64,000 nucleotides of DNA from the NCBI GenBank assembly GCA_027488755.1, contig JAIYAZ010000003.1, positions 702 to 64,701 of the forward strand, read 5' to 3'. Origin of the DNA: Verrucomicrobiaceae bacterium. GTDB taxonomy: Bacteria; Verrucomicrobiota; Verrucomicrobiia; Chthoniobacterales; JAATET01. The translations under genes were made by a program, and so were the position numbers. Shown here piece by piece: positions 1 through 8,972 of this stretch (the stretch's first letter is position 1; each line of letters starts with the position of its first letter). Below the pieces are notes generated by a model. That model was not told the DNA's origin. It searched no databases and was given only the letters and a program-made list of their open reading frames with translations.

Positions 1-3000
1 AGGTCGTGTTGGCGGCGACCGCGTTGTTGGATGATTGGGCCGGATTGTTGCCGCCGAGTTGAATGGCATAGCGGGCATTGGTGCCATCGTAGGGATACAA
101 GGAGATCGGACTGTATCCGGTCTGGGTGCGGAAAGTCAGAAAGCTGACGCGGTCGGTGAAGGTGTTGGGTGAACCGGTAAGAAAGCTGACCCAGAAGGTG
201 CGGCTACCACCAGTGGGGGGATTCATGAGCGCGAGGGTGGTGTCAGCAAGCGTCAGATCGAGGAAACCGTAGGAGGGAGTGTTGGGGAGGAGGATTTTAT
301 TGCCCACGCCGGGGATGCGTCCGGCACTCAGGCTGCCCGATAGGAGAGTATCCTGAAGGATGGTGGATCCTTCGGGCAGACTCCAGTTGCCGCTATTACC
401 GGTGCCGCTGAAGGGACGACCGACGACGCTGGCGGGGCTGAGGGAGTAGTTGAAGGGTTCGTAAAAAACGGGAGGCTGGTAGTTGCTGGCGATGGCGGTG
501 ATTTCCTCGCTGTAGTTCGAGTTGGTCACGGCGTTGCGCGCACGGATGCGGTAGTAGTAGGTGATGCCGGAGACGACCGTGCTGTCGGTGAAGCTCGTCG
601 CGCTTGCGGCGGTGAGGGCGATTTCCGCGAAGCCCGACCCGCTGCTGGTGCTGCGTTCGATGGCGTAGCCGGTTTCGACGGCGGTGTTGTCCGTCCAGGC
701 CAGGCCGATGGCCTGCGGGGAGGTGGTCGTGATGATGAAACTGGAGGGCGGGGTGATCGCGGTGACCCCGGCCACCGAGGCGGTGTAGGCGGAATTTCCC
801 AAGCCGTTGATGGCGCGGATACGGTAATAAAAGCGCACACCCTCGCCGAGGCCGGTGTTGGTGATGGATGTTGCTCCAGCGGCGGTCGCGGTGAGCAGGG
901 AGAAGCCGGAATCGGGCAGCGTGCTGCGTTCGACCTGGTAGCCGGTTTCGTTGTAGGCGTTGTCGGCCCAGGAGATCAGGATCTGCGAGGTGGAAAGGGC
1001 GCTGGTGGCGGGGGAACCCGGTGCGATTGGCAGCGTCGTGGCCGCAGGCGTGACGCTGACGATGGGCGAGTAGGCGGAGGCAACGTTGTCGAGTGCCTTG
1101 AGGGCCCGGATGCGGTAGGCGTAGGTCACGCCGTCGAGTAGGCCCGGGTGGGAGAAGGACGTGGCATTGGCAGCCGTGGTGGCGAGGAGGCTGAAGGTGG
1201 TGGAGGTGCCAACGCGGACTTCGATGGCGTAGCCGGTTTCGTCGGTGGCGGCGTCGGTCCAGGAGAGGTTGGCTTGGAGGCCGGAGAGGTTGACGGCGAA
1301 GTTGGTCGGGGTGGCGGGGGCGGGAGCGGAGGGCGGGGCGGGCGGGTTGATGACATCCATGGAATTGCCCGAGACCCAGATTTGGCCGGGGCGGTTGGGG
1401 TCCACGGCGAGATCACTCAGGTAGGCGTAGCGATGGTTCGGGCCGGTGAGTTCCGTCCAGGTGCCGCCGTTGTTTGAGGAGTAGTAAATCTTGTTCCAGG
1501 TGTCGCCTGGACGGCGGCCCCAGACGGCAACGCGTCCGTAGGCGGCATCCACCCTGGTGGCGAGGGAGAAATCCCCGACGGTGCTCCAAGTGTTGCCGCC
1601 ATCATCGGAGCGGGAAATGCCGGTGTAGGCGCAGACCCAGATGCGACCCGCCGTGGCGCGGTCCACGGCCATGCAATCGATGGAGGCAATGTTGGGGTCG
1701 TAAGGCTGGCTGGGGGTCTTGGCCCAGGTGGATCCGCCGTCGGTCGAGCGCCAGAAACCGCGGGCGGCGGCATTATTTTGGGCGCGGAGGGTGAGGTAGC
1801 GGGTGTTGGTGTTGACGCCGTCGGTTTCCAGCCAGGAGACTTCGTGATGGTAGCGGGCACCGGTGTTCACGCCGTCGGGGATGCCGGTGACCTTGTTGAA
1901 GGACGCACCGCCATTGGTGGTGCGATAGAGGCCGGGGTTGTTATTGGGTTTACTGGCTTCGTAGCCGAGCAGCACCAGAAAGTCCGTGGTGCTGCCGGGG
2001 GCGGCGACGGCGCGGGTGATGCCTTCGTAGGAAGGGGGCAGGCCGGAGTTGGTGAGGTCGAGTTTGCTCCAGGAGGTGCCGCCGTTGGTGGATTTGATGA
2101 GAGCGGAGCGGTTGGTGGTTTGTTCATTGCCCGCCGCGATGAGGGTCTGGCCGTCGTCGCTGGTCATGACTTCGTGGAAGGTGAAGTGCTCGTCGATGGA
2201 GGCGCGGGAACAGGTGGCGACATTTCCGCTCAACGCGGCGTCCGTGACGGTGAAAACGCCCTGGTCCGAGCAGGGAATGACGGCCATGTCGGGCGCACCC
2301 CGCGGAAAGCGGGTTTTGTAGGTTTTCACGCCGGCGAGGCCGTTGAGATTGGGCGGGTATTTCCAGGTGGAGCCGGAGTCGGTCGAGATGAAGACCGATT
2401 TTCCGCCGGTGATGAACCAGCGGGAGAGATTGGTGGGATCTTGAACGATCTGGTCCCGTCCGCCCGCCGGGAGCGTGGCCCCAGCGGCGGCGGCGGTGCG
2501 CCACGATGGGGTGGGCGGGGTGGTGAGTCCCATGTTGAGGGCTGACCAAGAGAGACCGCCGTCGAAGGAGCGGGAAATTTTTTCGTCGGCGGTAATGGTG
2601 AGGAAGGTATTGTCGGCCAGCACGGTGGCGAGGGTGGGTCCCCAGCCGGACCACCAGGAGTTGGTGGCGGTGACGGTGTAGGTGGCGGGGTTGTTGTAAT
2701 CCGTCGCCGTGATGCGCCAGCCCTTCGTGTTTGTCGCCATGTAGCCAATGCCGTCGGACCGGCGGGCGATGGCGGCCACGGTGGGGAGCGACCCATCCAA
2801 GGGCGTCACGCCGCCCGCGTTGCTCCAGACCCGGGTGAAGGAGACCCCGCGATTGGCGGAAACGTAAAGTCCCCCGGCAGCACCGACCCAGATTTGGTCG
2901 GGAAATTCGGGCCGGACGTAGATGGTCGTGGCGACGACGGAGTCGAAGGTGGTGCCGCCCATTTTGCTCCAGTTGGCCCCGCCATCAAGGGAGCGCCAGA

Positions 3001-3481
3001 GCGAGCCGGTCTGGCCAGTGCGGGCGGAGGCCAGCCAGAGTTCGCTGTCGTTGGCGGGATGGTAAATGAGCGGCGTTGCGCCGCGGTCGCGGCGGGGGAT
3101 GATATCCGACAACCGATTCACCCAGGTGGACCCGCCGTCAATTGAGGTAAAGACCTTGGAATTGGTCGCGCTGCCTCCGGTCACGAACGCCACGCGGTCC
3201 GCGTTGCCCGTGGCGACATCGCAGCCATTGATGAAGTGGTCGAAGGTGGTGAAATCACCCTGGAGGTATTGCCACGATTGCCCGGCGTTGTCGGAGCGCC
3301 ACATGCCGAAGACGTCGCCGAAGCCGTAGAGTCGACCGGAGGAATGAATGGCGAGGCCGCTGAACCAGCCGCCGCAATCCATCGGGATGGAGCGGTAGGT
3401 GGGGGTCTGGGCTTGCAGCGAAGCGGTCGTTAGCAGAGCGACGCCCAGGACGGCGTGCTTGAGCTGGCGCAAGATTTTCAT
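1..3481 (-). CDS. Secreted BNR/Asp-box beta-propeller protein (GH74-like) with C-terminal FN3 repeats; the C-terminal end runs off the window
   Basis: Absent from the ORF track because it has no stop in the window. The reverse complement from 3481 reads MKILRQLKHAVLGVALLTTASLQAQTPTYRSIPMDCGGWFSGLAIHSSGRLYGFGDVFGMWRSDNAGQSW, colinear with the 49705-52518 paralog. No listed minus ORF uses this frame (end mod 3 = 1). The rc of 781-840 in the same frame reads VRFYYRIRAINGLGNSAYT (FN3 signature). ATGA stop/start overlap with the upstream gene at 3478-3481. Confidence 0.8.
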   Translation of the reverse strand, partial: MKILRQLKHAVLGVALLTTASLQAQTPTYRSIPMDCGGWFSGLAIHSSGRLYGFGDVFGMWRSDNAGQSWQYLQGDFTTFDHFINGCDVATGNADRVAFVTGGSATNSKVFTSIDGGSTWVNRLSDIIPRRDRGATPLIYHPANDSELWLASARTGQTGSLWRSLDGGANWSKMGGTTFDSVVATTIYVRPEFPDQIWVGAAGGLYVSANRGVSFTRVWSNAGGVTPLDGSLPTVAAIARRSDGIGYMATNTKGWRITATDYNNPATYTVTATNSWWSGWGPTLATVLADNTFLTITADEKISRSFDGGLSWSALNMGLTTPPTPSWRTAAAAGATLPAGGRDQIVQDPTNLSRWFITGGKSVFISTDSGSTWKYPPNLNGLAGVKTYKTRFPRGAPDMAVIPCSDQGVFTVTDAALSGNVATCSRASIDEHFTFHEVMTSDDGQTLIAAGNEQTTNRSALIKSTNGGTSWSKLDLTNSGLPPSYEGITRAVAAPGSTTDFLVLLGYEASKPNNNPGLYRTTNGGASFNKVTGIPDGVNTGARYHHEVSWLETDGVNTNTRYLTLRAQNNAAARGFWRSTDGGSTWAKTPSQPYDPNIASIDCMAVDRATAGRIWVCAYTGISRSDDGGNTWSTVGDFSLATRVDAAYGRVAVWGRRPGDTWNKIYYSSNNGGTWTELTGPNHRYAYLSDLAVDPNRPGQIWVSGNSMDVINPPAPPSAPAPATPTNFAVNLSGLQANLSWTDAATDETGYAIEVRVGTSTTFSLLATTAANATSFSHPGLLDGVTYAYRIRALKALDNVASAYSPIVSVTPAATTLPIAPGSPATSALSTSQILISWADNAYNETGYQVERSTLPDSGFSLLTATAAGATSITNTGLGEGVRFYYRIRAINGLGNSAYTASVAGVTAITPPSSFIITTTSPQAIGLAWTDNTAVETGYAIERSTSSGSGFAEIALTAASATSFTDSTVVSGITYYYRIRARNAVTNSNYSEEITAIASNYQPPVFYEPFNYSLSPASVVGRPFSGTGNSGNWSLPEGSTILQDTLLSGSLSAGRIPGVGNKILLPNTPSYGFLDLTLADTTLALMNPPTGGSRTFWVSFLTGSPNTFTDRVSFLTFRTQTGYSPISLYPYDGTNARYAIQLGGNNPAQSSNNAVAANTT

Positions 3482-3909
3482 GGCGCGGTGACTTTCACGC
3501 GGGCGAAGCGTTTGGCGGGTGCGGCGAGGGAATCGGTGACGGTCACGCGCTCGAACGTGGCGTCGAGGGAGGTCACGCCCTCGGTGGCGGAAGGGTTGAC
3601 GGCCCACGTGGCGAGGGCATCGGAAAACTCCACGCTGTAGGTGATGCCGGAGCCAGTTGATGCTTTGCGACGGATGAAGGTGATCTGGAGTTGCCCAAAG
3701 CCATTCACCCCGAGCAGGGGTAGGCCGGCGGAGCCGTCGGAGGCGAGGAGGGCGGGGTTCGGCGTGGACAGCGTCGGGGTCTGACCGGGGCCGTTGCCGA
3801 GCAGGTTGAAGGCGTATTTGAGCAGGTTCGCGATGCCGTCGCCGGCGGGCGTGAGCAGGTCCTGCGAGCCGTCGGCGGCGAGACCATTGGCGGTGCGGAA
3901 GGTATCCAG
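3478..3909 (-). repeat. Copy 1 of the duplicated 143-codon C-terminal module
   Basis: Encodes LDTFRTANGLAADGSQDLLTPAGDGIANLLKYAFNLLGNGPGQ...RFARVKVTAP. Long stretches of nucleotide identity with 8541-8972. Confidence 0.8.
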
Positions 3910-6900
3910 GCCGCTGAGAATCGTGATGCCGACGGCGACGGCGGCGGACTCGCCGCCGCCGAGATTGGTGGCGCTGATCATGGGAGTGAAGACGCCCGAC
4001 ACGCTTGGCGTGCCTGTGATCGCCCCGGTGGTCGTGTTCAGACTCAGCCCGGCGGGAAGACTGCCTGAGACGAGCGCGAAGGAGAGCGGGTTGCCGGTGG
4101 CGGTGACGCTTTGGTTGAAGGAAACCCCGGGGGGCCCGCTAAACATCTGGCCGGGGGCGACGACCGGGGGCGACACCGGGATCGCCGCGGAAAAACGGTC
4201 AAGACCGAGGACGCCGGAATTGCTGTTGGTGGTGCCGACGAAACCGGCATAGACGCCCGTCGAATCATAGACGTTGGTGAGCGAGGTCACAGGGATGGAG
4301 GAACTTGTGCCGAGCACGGTGCCGCCGGTCTGGCCGTCCGAGCCCCAGCTCTTAAGCGAGACGATGACGTCGAATCGACCCGAGGTGGCGGATTTGGTGA
4401 AGGTGCCGATGAGTTCATACCAGTTGCCATGCACGAGGGTGCCGACGTTCGGGCCGTTGGCCGTGGTGGTGCTGCTCTGGCGCGAGATGACGGCAAGCTG
4501 GGATTGGTCGCCCGACGTGGTGTTGATGCCGACCGCGAGGTATTCCGCACCGCTGAGCGTGCCGAGGTTGTCGTCGGCGAATCCAAGGCGCATGCCCGCA
4601 CCGCCCGCGGGTGAGGTTCCCGCCACGGGCGGGGAGCCCGTGTTGACGCGGGCCTTGAAGAAGAGGGACACGGTGCTGGTCTGGCCGGGCAGCCAGGTGA
4701 AGGCCTGATTCCACAGGGCGGTTTGGGTGTTGGAGCTGGTGGCGAGATAGCCGGTGTTACCGACGCCGCCGGTCGCGGTGATGCCGGCGCTGGCCCAGGT
4801 GGGGGAGCCTCCCGCCTGAGTTTCAAGGAAACGGTCATTGAAGTCGGCCTGGGTGGAGTTGAATTCGTAAACGACACTGGGAGAAAGCGCGGAGACGATG
4901 TTCATGGCCACGGTTTTGGGTGCGGAGGTGCCAGCGGAGTTGGTGGCGGTGAAAACGGGCCGGAAATTTCCCGTTTGTGAGGGGGTGCCACTGATGGTGG
5001 CGGTGGCGGCATTGAAGGAAACCCCGGCGGGCAGGCTGCCACCGGTCATCGCCCAGCTGGTGGGGCTGTTGGTGGCGGCGAGTTGGTAGGAGACGGGTTG
5101 GGATTGGGGAGTGGTCGGAAATGCGCCGGTGCTGATGACCGGGGGCACGAGGAGGGAGAGGGTGATGGACAGGGTGGAGTCGTTGGTTCCCAGCGCGTTC
5201 GTGGCCCGGATGGTCACCGATGTGGAAGTGGTGTTTTGGGATACGCCGGAGAGGATGCCGGTGACGGGATTGAGCGTCAGGCCGGCCGGCAGGGTGCCGC
5301 TGGCGATGCTGAAGGTAGGCAGGGGGTTGCCGGTGGCGGTGAGGGTGCGGCTGAGAAATTCGCCCGCGTAGCCGGTGAGGGGTGCCAGCGGGGTGCCGGT
5401 GATGACGGGAGCGGCGGTGGCGACGGCGGTGCCGGTGACGGCGACATTGTCGAAGCGCGCTTCGGTGCTGAGCGCGCCGCCCGAGTTGTTGGCCCAAACA
5501 AGACCGACGTAAACCGTGCCGGTCATGGTGATGGTCTGCGGGCTGCCCACCTGCGTCCAGGTCGAACCATCGGGCGAGGTGTAGGAGGTGAAGACATTAC
5601 CGACGCGGGTGACGCGGAACCAGGCGTTGGGAACGGTGAGCGACGTGCCGGCCGTGTTGGCGGTGCCGCCGCCGCCCGTGGTGCGGTAGAGCATGATGCT
5701 CGAATTGGTCGGCTGCGCCTGTGAGGCGCAGAAGGGGGAGGTGGCGGAAAGATCCTGCCGGATCATCACGCCCGCCCGGGGGAACGAGCCGCCGCTGGTC
5801 ATCGAGACGACGCGGGCGGTGATCGTGCAGTTGCCCGTCATCGGCTGCATGACGTAGCGGAAACAGTCGGTGGAGCCGTAGTTTTCGTTGGTCGCTGCGC
5901 GCAGCGAGAAGATGTTTTCGGCGTAGAGGGAGGCCTCGCCGGGGATGCCGCTGCCAATGGTGCTGCCGACGGTCGTCGTGCTCCAGGGCGAAGGGAGCGG
6001 GGTGAGATCATCGTAAAGCGTGGCGGTGGTGGATTCACGCCGGGTGTCGGGCGGGGCACCGTCGGTGTTGTCGCGGGCGGGGGGCAGTTGGAGGCCGCCG
6101 GTGGGATTACTGAGGGTGAGAGTCAGGGTGCGGGCGAGGCGCGGGGTGGAATTGAGCAGGGGGATGGAAATCGTCTTCGGGGTCGCATCGCCATCCGCCC
6201 ACGAGACCGTGCCGCTGTTGGGACCGCTGAAATCGGTGCCGGACACGGCGGTGCCGCCGGTGATGGTCCACGTCGCGCTGACGGCGCCCGCCTTGCCGCC
6301 GGAGCGGTTGATCACGAGGGTGGCGTTGCCCGCACTGCGGTAGGCCTCGGGGGCGGAGTCCTGAAATTGCACGAAGCCAGGGGAGGTGCCGGTCTGCACG
6401 GAGACGGTGGTGAAGGCGGGAATGTCCTGCCCGTTGGCGTCGGTGCCGATGGCCGTGAGGGTGCGCACGCCGCCCACCGCGGGCGTCCAGTTGATTTTCC
6501 ACGGGGCGGCGGAGCGTTCGCCCAACAGGGTGTCGCCTTCGTAGAAACGGATTTTTTTGAGGTTGGTGACGCGGCGGGGATTGATTTCGACGGGATAGGT
6601 CTGACCGAGCACAAGGCTGGCGAGGCGGGCGGGGGCGGTGAATTTGAGCGGGGTGTTGAGCGGGGCGTTGGCGAGGTTGGTGTTGCCGCCGCCGACGGGA
6701 ACCTGGCGGGCGTTGAAGGCCTGGAAGGCGCGGGCAAAGGTCGCGCTGGGCAGCCAGTTGGCGGTGGTTTTATTGCCGGAGTAGGCGCTTTCGGCGGTGT
6801 AAGGCGGCAGGGTTTGGTAGCCGCCATTGATTAATCCATCCGGGCCTGTCGTTGTGAAGGTGTAGTCGTGCGGGTTTAGGTAGCCGGACGCGTTGGCAAT

Positions 6901-8523
6901 CGGCTGCAGGGCAACCGTCTGGCCGGGGTTGGGGCCAGGAAGCGTCTGCCCGGTGGTGGGGAAGCGCGGCGGGATCAACTCCGAGAGATAGCTCCACATG
7001 AGCGGCTCGGAAGAACCGGCTCCGAAGGCCGCGTGGCCGGTGCCCCAGTCCACCGCATAGGCCACCTGCTCACCCACCGCCCGGCGCGAAACGAAGCTCA
7101 AATTTGCCCAGCCTGGCTCGACCGTCGAGTCCCGGTCCCCGACGGCGTAGAATCCGGGAACCGCTTTCTGTGCACCGTTGATCTGACGTCCGTCGGACCA
7201 CTCCGAGGCGCGGAAGGCAAAAAAACCGATCACGCGATCAAGGATGGACGTGCTCGCTTCGACGCTGGCGAAACCGCCGGCGGAAAATCCGGCGGAAAAG
7301 ATGGGGGCGTTGGCCACCTCGGGGCGGCCGGAAAAATCCGCCGCCATTTTCAACGCTCCGCGAAACGAGCCGATGCCGTAGGGGCCGCCGGAAAGCAGAT
7401 TGCCATTCGTGCCGAGGATGCCAAAGCCGAGGGCCTGCGCGGCCTGCTGCCAGGCGAAGTCGTTGCAGGCCCCGCGGGTGTCGTTGCCGGAGCCGGGGAG
7501 GTAGAAAAGGATGCCGCGCAGGGGCACTCCGGGCGGGGGGAGCCAGAGGCGCATTTCCTCACCCGCGCCCTGGTGGTAAAGCGAAACCAGCGATTTGGCG
7601 GAATCCGTGATCACGCAGGAAGCAAGGGCCGCGTTGCCCAGAACGGCTCCGCCCGTGGGCGAGGACAGGGTGACGCCAATGACCTCGTTGGTGCCGCTGG
7701 CGGAGGTGTTCAGCGGGATGGTAAACGTTTTGTCCGCCATGTCTCCGGCTGCCCAGGTCAAGGTGCCGCTGGTGGCCGTATAATCTGTTCCTACGGTCGC
7801 GGCCGGAGGGCGGGTGGGACCGGGATTGGCGTCGTTGTAATAAATATACGACCATGGCGGCACCGTGGAATTGGTGGTGCCCTGCGAGTTGGTGGTAACG
7901 ATGTTGTTATTGTTGGTCGTCGAGTAGTTCACGCTCACCGACCCGGTGGAACCGCCACTGCGCGAAACCGTGATGGTTGCCAGCCCACCGGGGCGATCCC
8001 CAAAAAAGACGCGGCGCGAGAACTTGAGCACCCCGGCCGTCGGGGGGGCGGGGTCGTTGATGGTGAGCGTGGCCGCCGCGACGGCCCCGCGGGAGGCCCC
8101 CTGGACATCCTCCAAGGCGAGTTGAATCACGCTGGAGCCGTTTTTTACCGCTGGATTGCGCTGGGCCAGCGGAATCGTAAACGTCTTCGGCGCGGTGTCG
8201 CCATTGGCCCAGGTGGCAACGTTCGCGAGAAAGGCCATCTGGCCCGCCGATCCCAAGTTATCGATGTCCCGGTAATCGCTCTGATCGTAAAGCGTGGTCG
8301 TCGAGTCGTTGCCGATGAAGGCGCAATATGCAACCGAAGCGGAGCCCACGCTCCCGCCCGTGCGGGTGAGCGTGATGGTGGCATTGACCGTCCCCGAGGT
8401 GGAACCCGTTGCCGAGTAGGTGGCGGAGCTGAATTGAATCGTTCCCGTCTGGGCGAAAAGTGGCGATCCGCAAAAGAGGAGCGCGAGGAAAACCAGGGGA
8501 ATCAGGCGGTCTCGAGACTTCAT
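3478..8523 (-). CDS. Giant secreted multidomain protein: Calx-beta modules, alpha/beta-hydrolase (carbohydrate esterase-like), He_PIG-type Ig and LamG/ConA-like domains, conserved 143-aa C-terminal module
   Basis: 1681-aa ORF with signal peptide MKSRDRLIPLVFLALLFCGSPLFAQ. Three Calx-beta-like units end in GDTAPKTFTIPL, GDMADKTFTIPL and GDATPKTISIPL. Nucleophile elbow GFSAGG (rc of ~7268-7300 reads APIFSAGFSAGGFASV) with downstream GDRDS and GTGH. Repeated GxLPAGLxLNxxTGxIxGxP Ig-like units. Confidence 0.85.
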   Translation of the reverse strand: MKSRDRLIPLVFLALLFCGSPLFAQTGTIQFSSATYSATGSTSGTVNATITLTRTGGSVGSASVAYCAFIGNDSTTTLYDQSDYRDIDNLGSAGQMAFLANVATWANGDTAPKTFTIPLAQRNPAVKNGSSVIQLALEDVQGASRGAVAAATLTINDPAPPTAGVLKFSRRVFFGDRPGGLATITVSRSGGSTGSVSVNYSTTNNNNIVTTNSQGTTNSTVPPWSYIYYNDANPGPTRPPAATVGTDYTATSGTLTWAAGDMADKTFTIPLNTSASGTNEVIGVTLSSPTGGAVLGNAALASCVITDSAKSLVSLYHQGAGEEMRLWLPPPGVPLRGILFYLPGSGNDTRGACNDFAWQQAAQALGFGILGTNGNLLSGGPYGIGSFRGALKMAADFSGRPEVANAPIFSAGFSAGGFASVEASTSILDRVIGFFAFRASEWSDGRQINGAQKAVPGFYAVGDRDSTVEPGWANLSFVSRRAVGEQVAYAVDWGTGHAAFGAGSSEPLMWSYLSELIPPRFPTTGQTLPGPNPGQTVALQPIANASGYLNPHDYTFTTTGPDGLINGGYQTLPPYTAESAYSGNKTTANWLPSATFARAFQAFNARQVPVGGGNTNLANAPLNTPLKFTAPARLASLVLGQTYPVEINPRRVTNLKKIRFYEGDTLLGERSAAPWKINWTPAVGGVRTLTAIGTDANGQDIPAFTTVSVQTGTSPGFVQFQDSAPEAYRSAGNATLVINRSGGKAGAVSATWTITGGTAVSGTDFSGPNSGTVSWADGDATPKTISIPLLNSTPRLARTLTLTLSNPTGGLQLPPARDNTDGAPPDTRRESTTATLYDDLTPLPSPWSTTTVGSTIGSGIPGEASLYAENIFSLRAATNENYGSTDCFRYVMQPMTGNCTITARVVSMTSGGSFPRAGVMIRQDLSATSPFCASQAQPTNSSIMLYRTTGGGGTANTAGTSLTVPNAWFRVTRVGNVFTSYTSPDGSTWTQVGSPQTITMTGTVYVGLVWANNSGGALSTEARFDNVAVTGTAVATAAPVITGTPLAPLTGYAGEFLSRTLTATGNPLPTFSIASGTLPAGLTLNPVTGILSGVSQNTTSTSVTIRATNALGTNDSTLSITLSLLVPPVISTGAFPTTPQSQPVSYQLAATNSPTSWAMTGGSLPAGVSFNAATATISGTPSQTGNFRPVFTATNSAGTSAPKTVAMNIVSALSPSVVYEFNSTQADFNDRFLETQAGGSPTWASAGITATGGVGNTGYLATSSNTQTALWNQAFTWLPGQTSTVSLFFKARVNTGSPPVAGTSPAGGAGMRLGFADDNLGTLSGAEYLAVGINTTSGDQSQLAVISRQSSTTTANGPNVGTLVHGNWYELIGTFTKSATSGRFDVIVSLKSWGSDGQTGGTVLGTSSSIPVTSLTNVYDSTGVYAGFVGTTNSNSGVLGLDRFSAAIPVSPPVVAPGQMFSGPPGVSFNQSVTATGNPLSFALVSGSLPAGLSLNTTTGAITGTPSVSGVFTPMISATNLGGGESAAVAVGITILSGLDTFRTANGLAADGSQDLLTPAGDGIANLLKYAFNLLGNGPGQTPTLSTPNPALLASDGSAGLPLLGVNGFGQLQITFIRRKASTGSGITYSVEFSDALATWAVNPSATEGVTSLDATFERVTVTDSLAAPAKRFARVKVTAP

Positions 8524-8540
8524 GGGAGGGAATGGGGAGG

Positions 8541-8972
8541 TTAGTTGGCGGTGACTTTGACGCGGGCGAAACGCTTGGTGGGTGAGGCAACGGAGTCCGT
8601 GACGGTGACGCGTTCGAAGGAGGCGTCAATGGACGTGGCGCTCTCGGTGGCGGAGGGGTTGCCGGCCCACGAAGCGAGGGCATCCGAGAACTCGACGGTG
8701 TAGGTGACGCCCGGGCCGCCCGATGGCTTGCGCCGGATGTAGGTGATCTGAAGTTGCCCAAAGCCATTCACCCCCAGCAGGGGCAGGCCGACGGAGCCGT
8801 CGGGGGCGAGGAGGGCGGCGTTCGGCGTGGCGAGCGTCGCGGCCTGGCCGGGGCCGTTGCCGAGCAGATTGAAGGCGTATTTGAACAGGTTCGCCACGCC
8901 ATCCCCAGCGGGGGTGAGCAGGTCCTGCGAGCCGTCGGCGGCGAGGCCATTGGCGGTGCGGAATCCTTGGAG
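8541..8972 (-). repeat. Copy 2 of the duplicated 143-codon C-terminal module
   Basis: Encodes LQGFRTANGLAADGSQDLLTPAGDGVANLFKYAFNLLGNGPGQ...RFARVKVTAN. 117 of 143 residues are identical to copy 1 by hand alignment. Confidence 0.8.

Noticed and set aside
526-2988. Series of P/A/S/T-rich minus-strand ORFs (526..840, 1126..1416, 1417..1860, 1867..2127, 2326..2796, 2806..2988)
   Set aside because: They occupy a different minus frame from the continuous BNR/FN3 reading frame that starts at 3481, and they are proline-rich out-of-frame artefacts.
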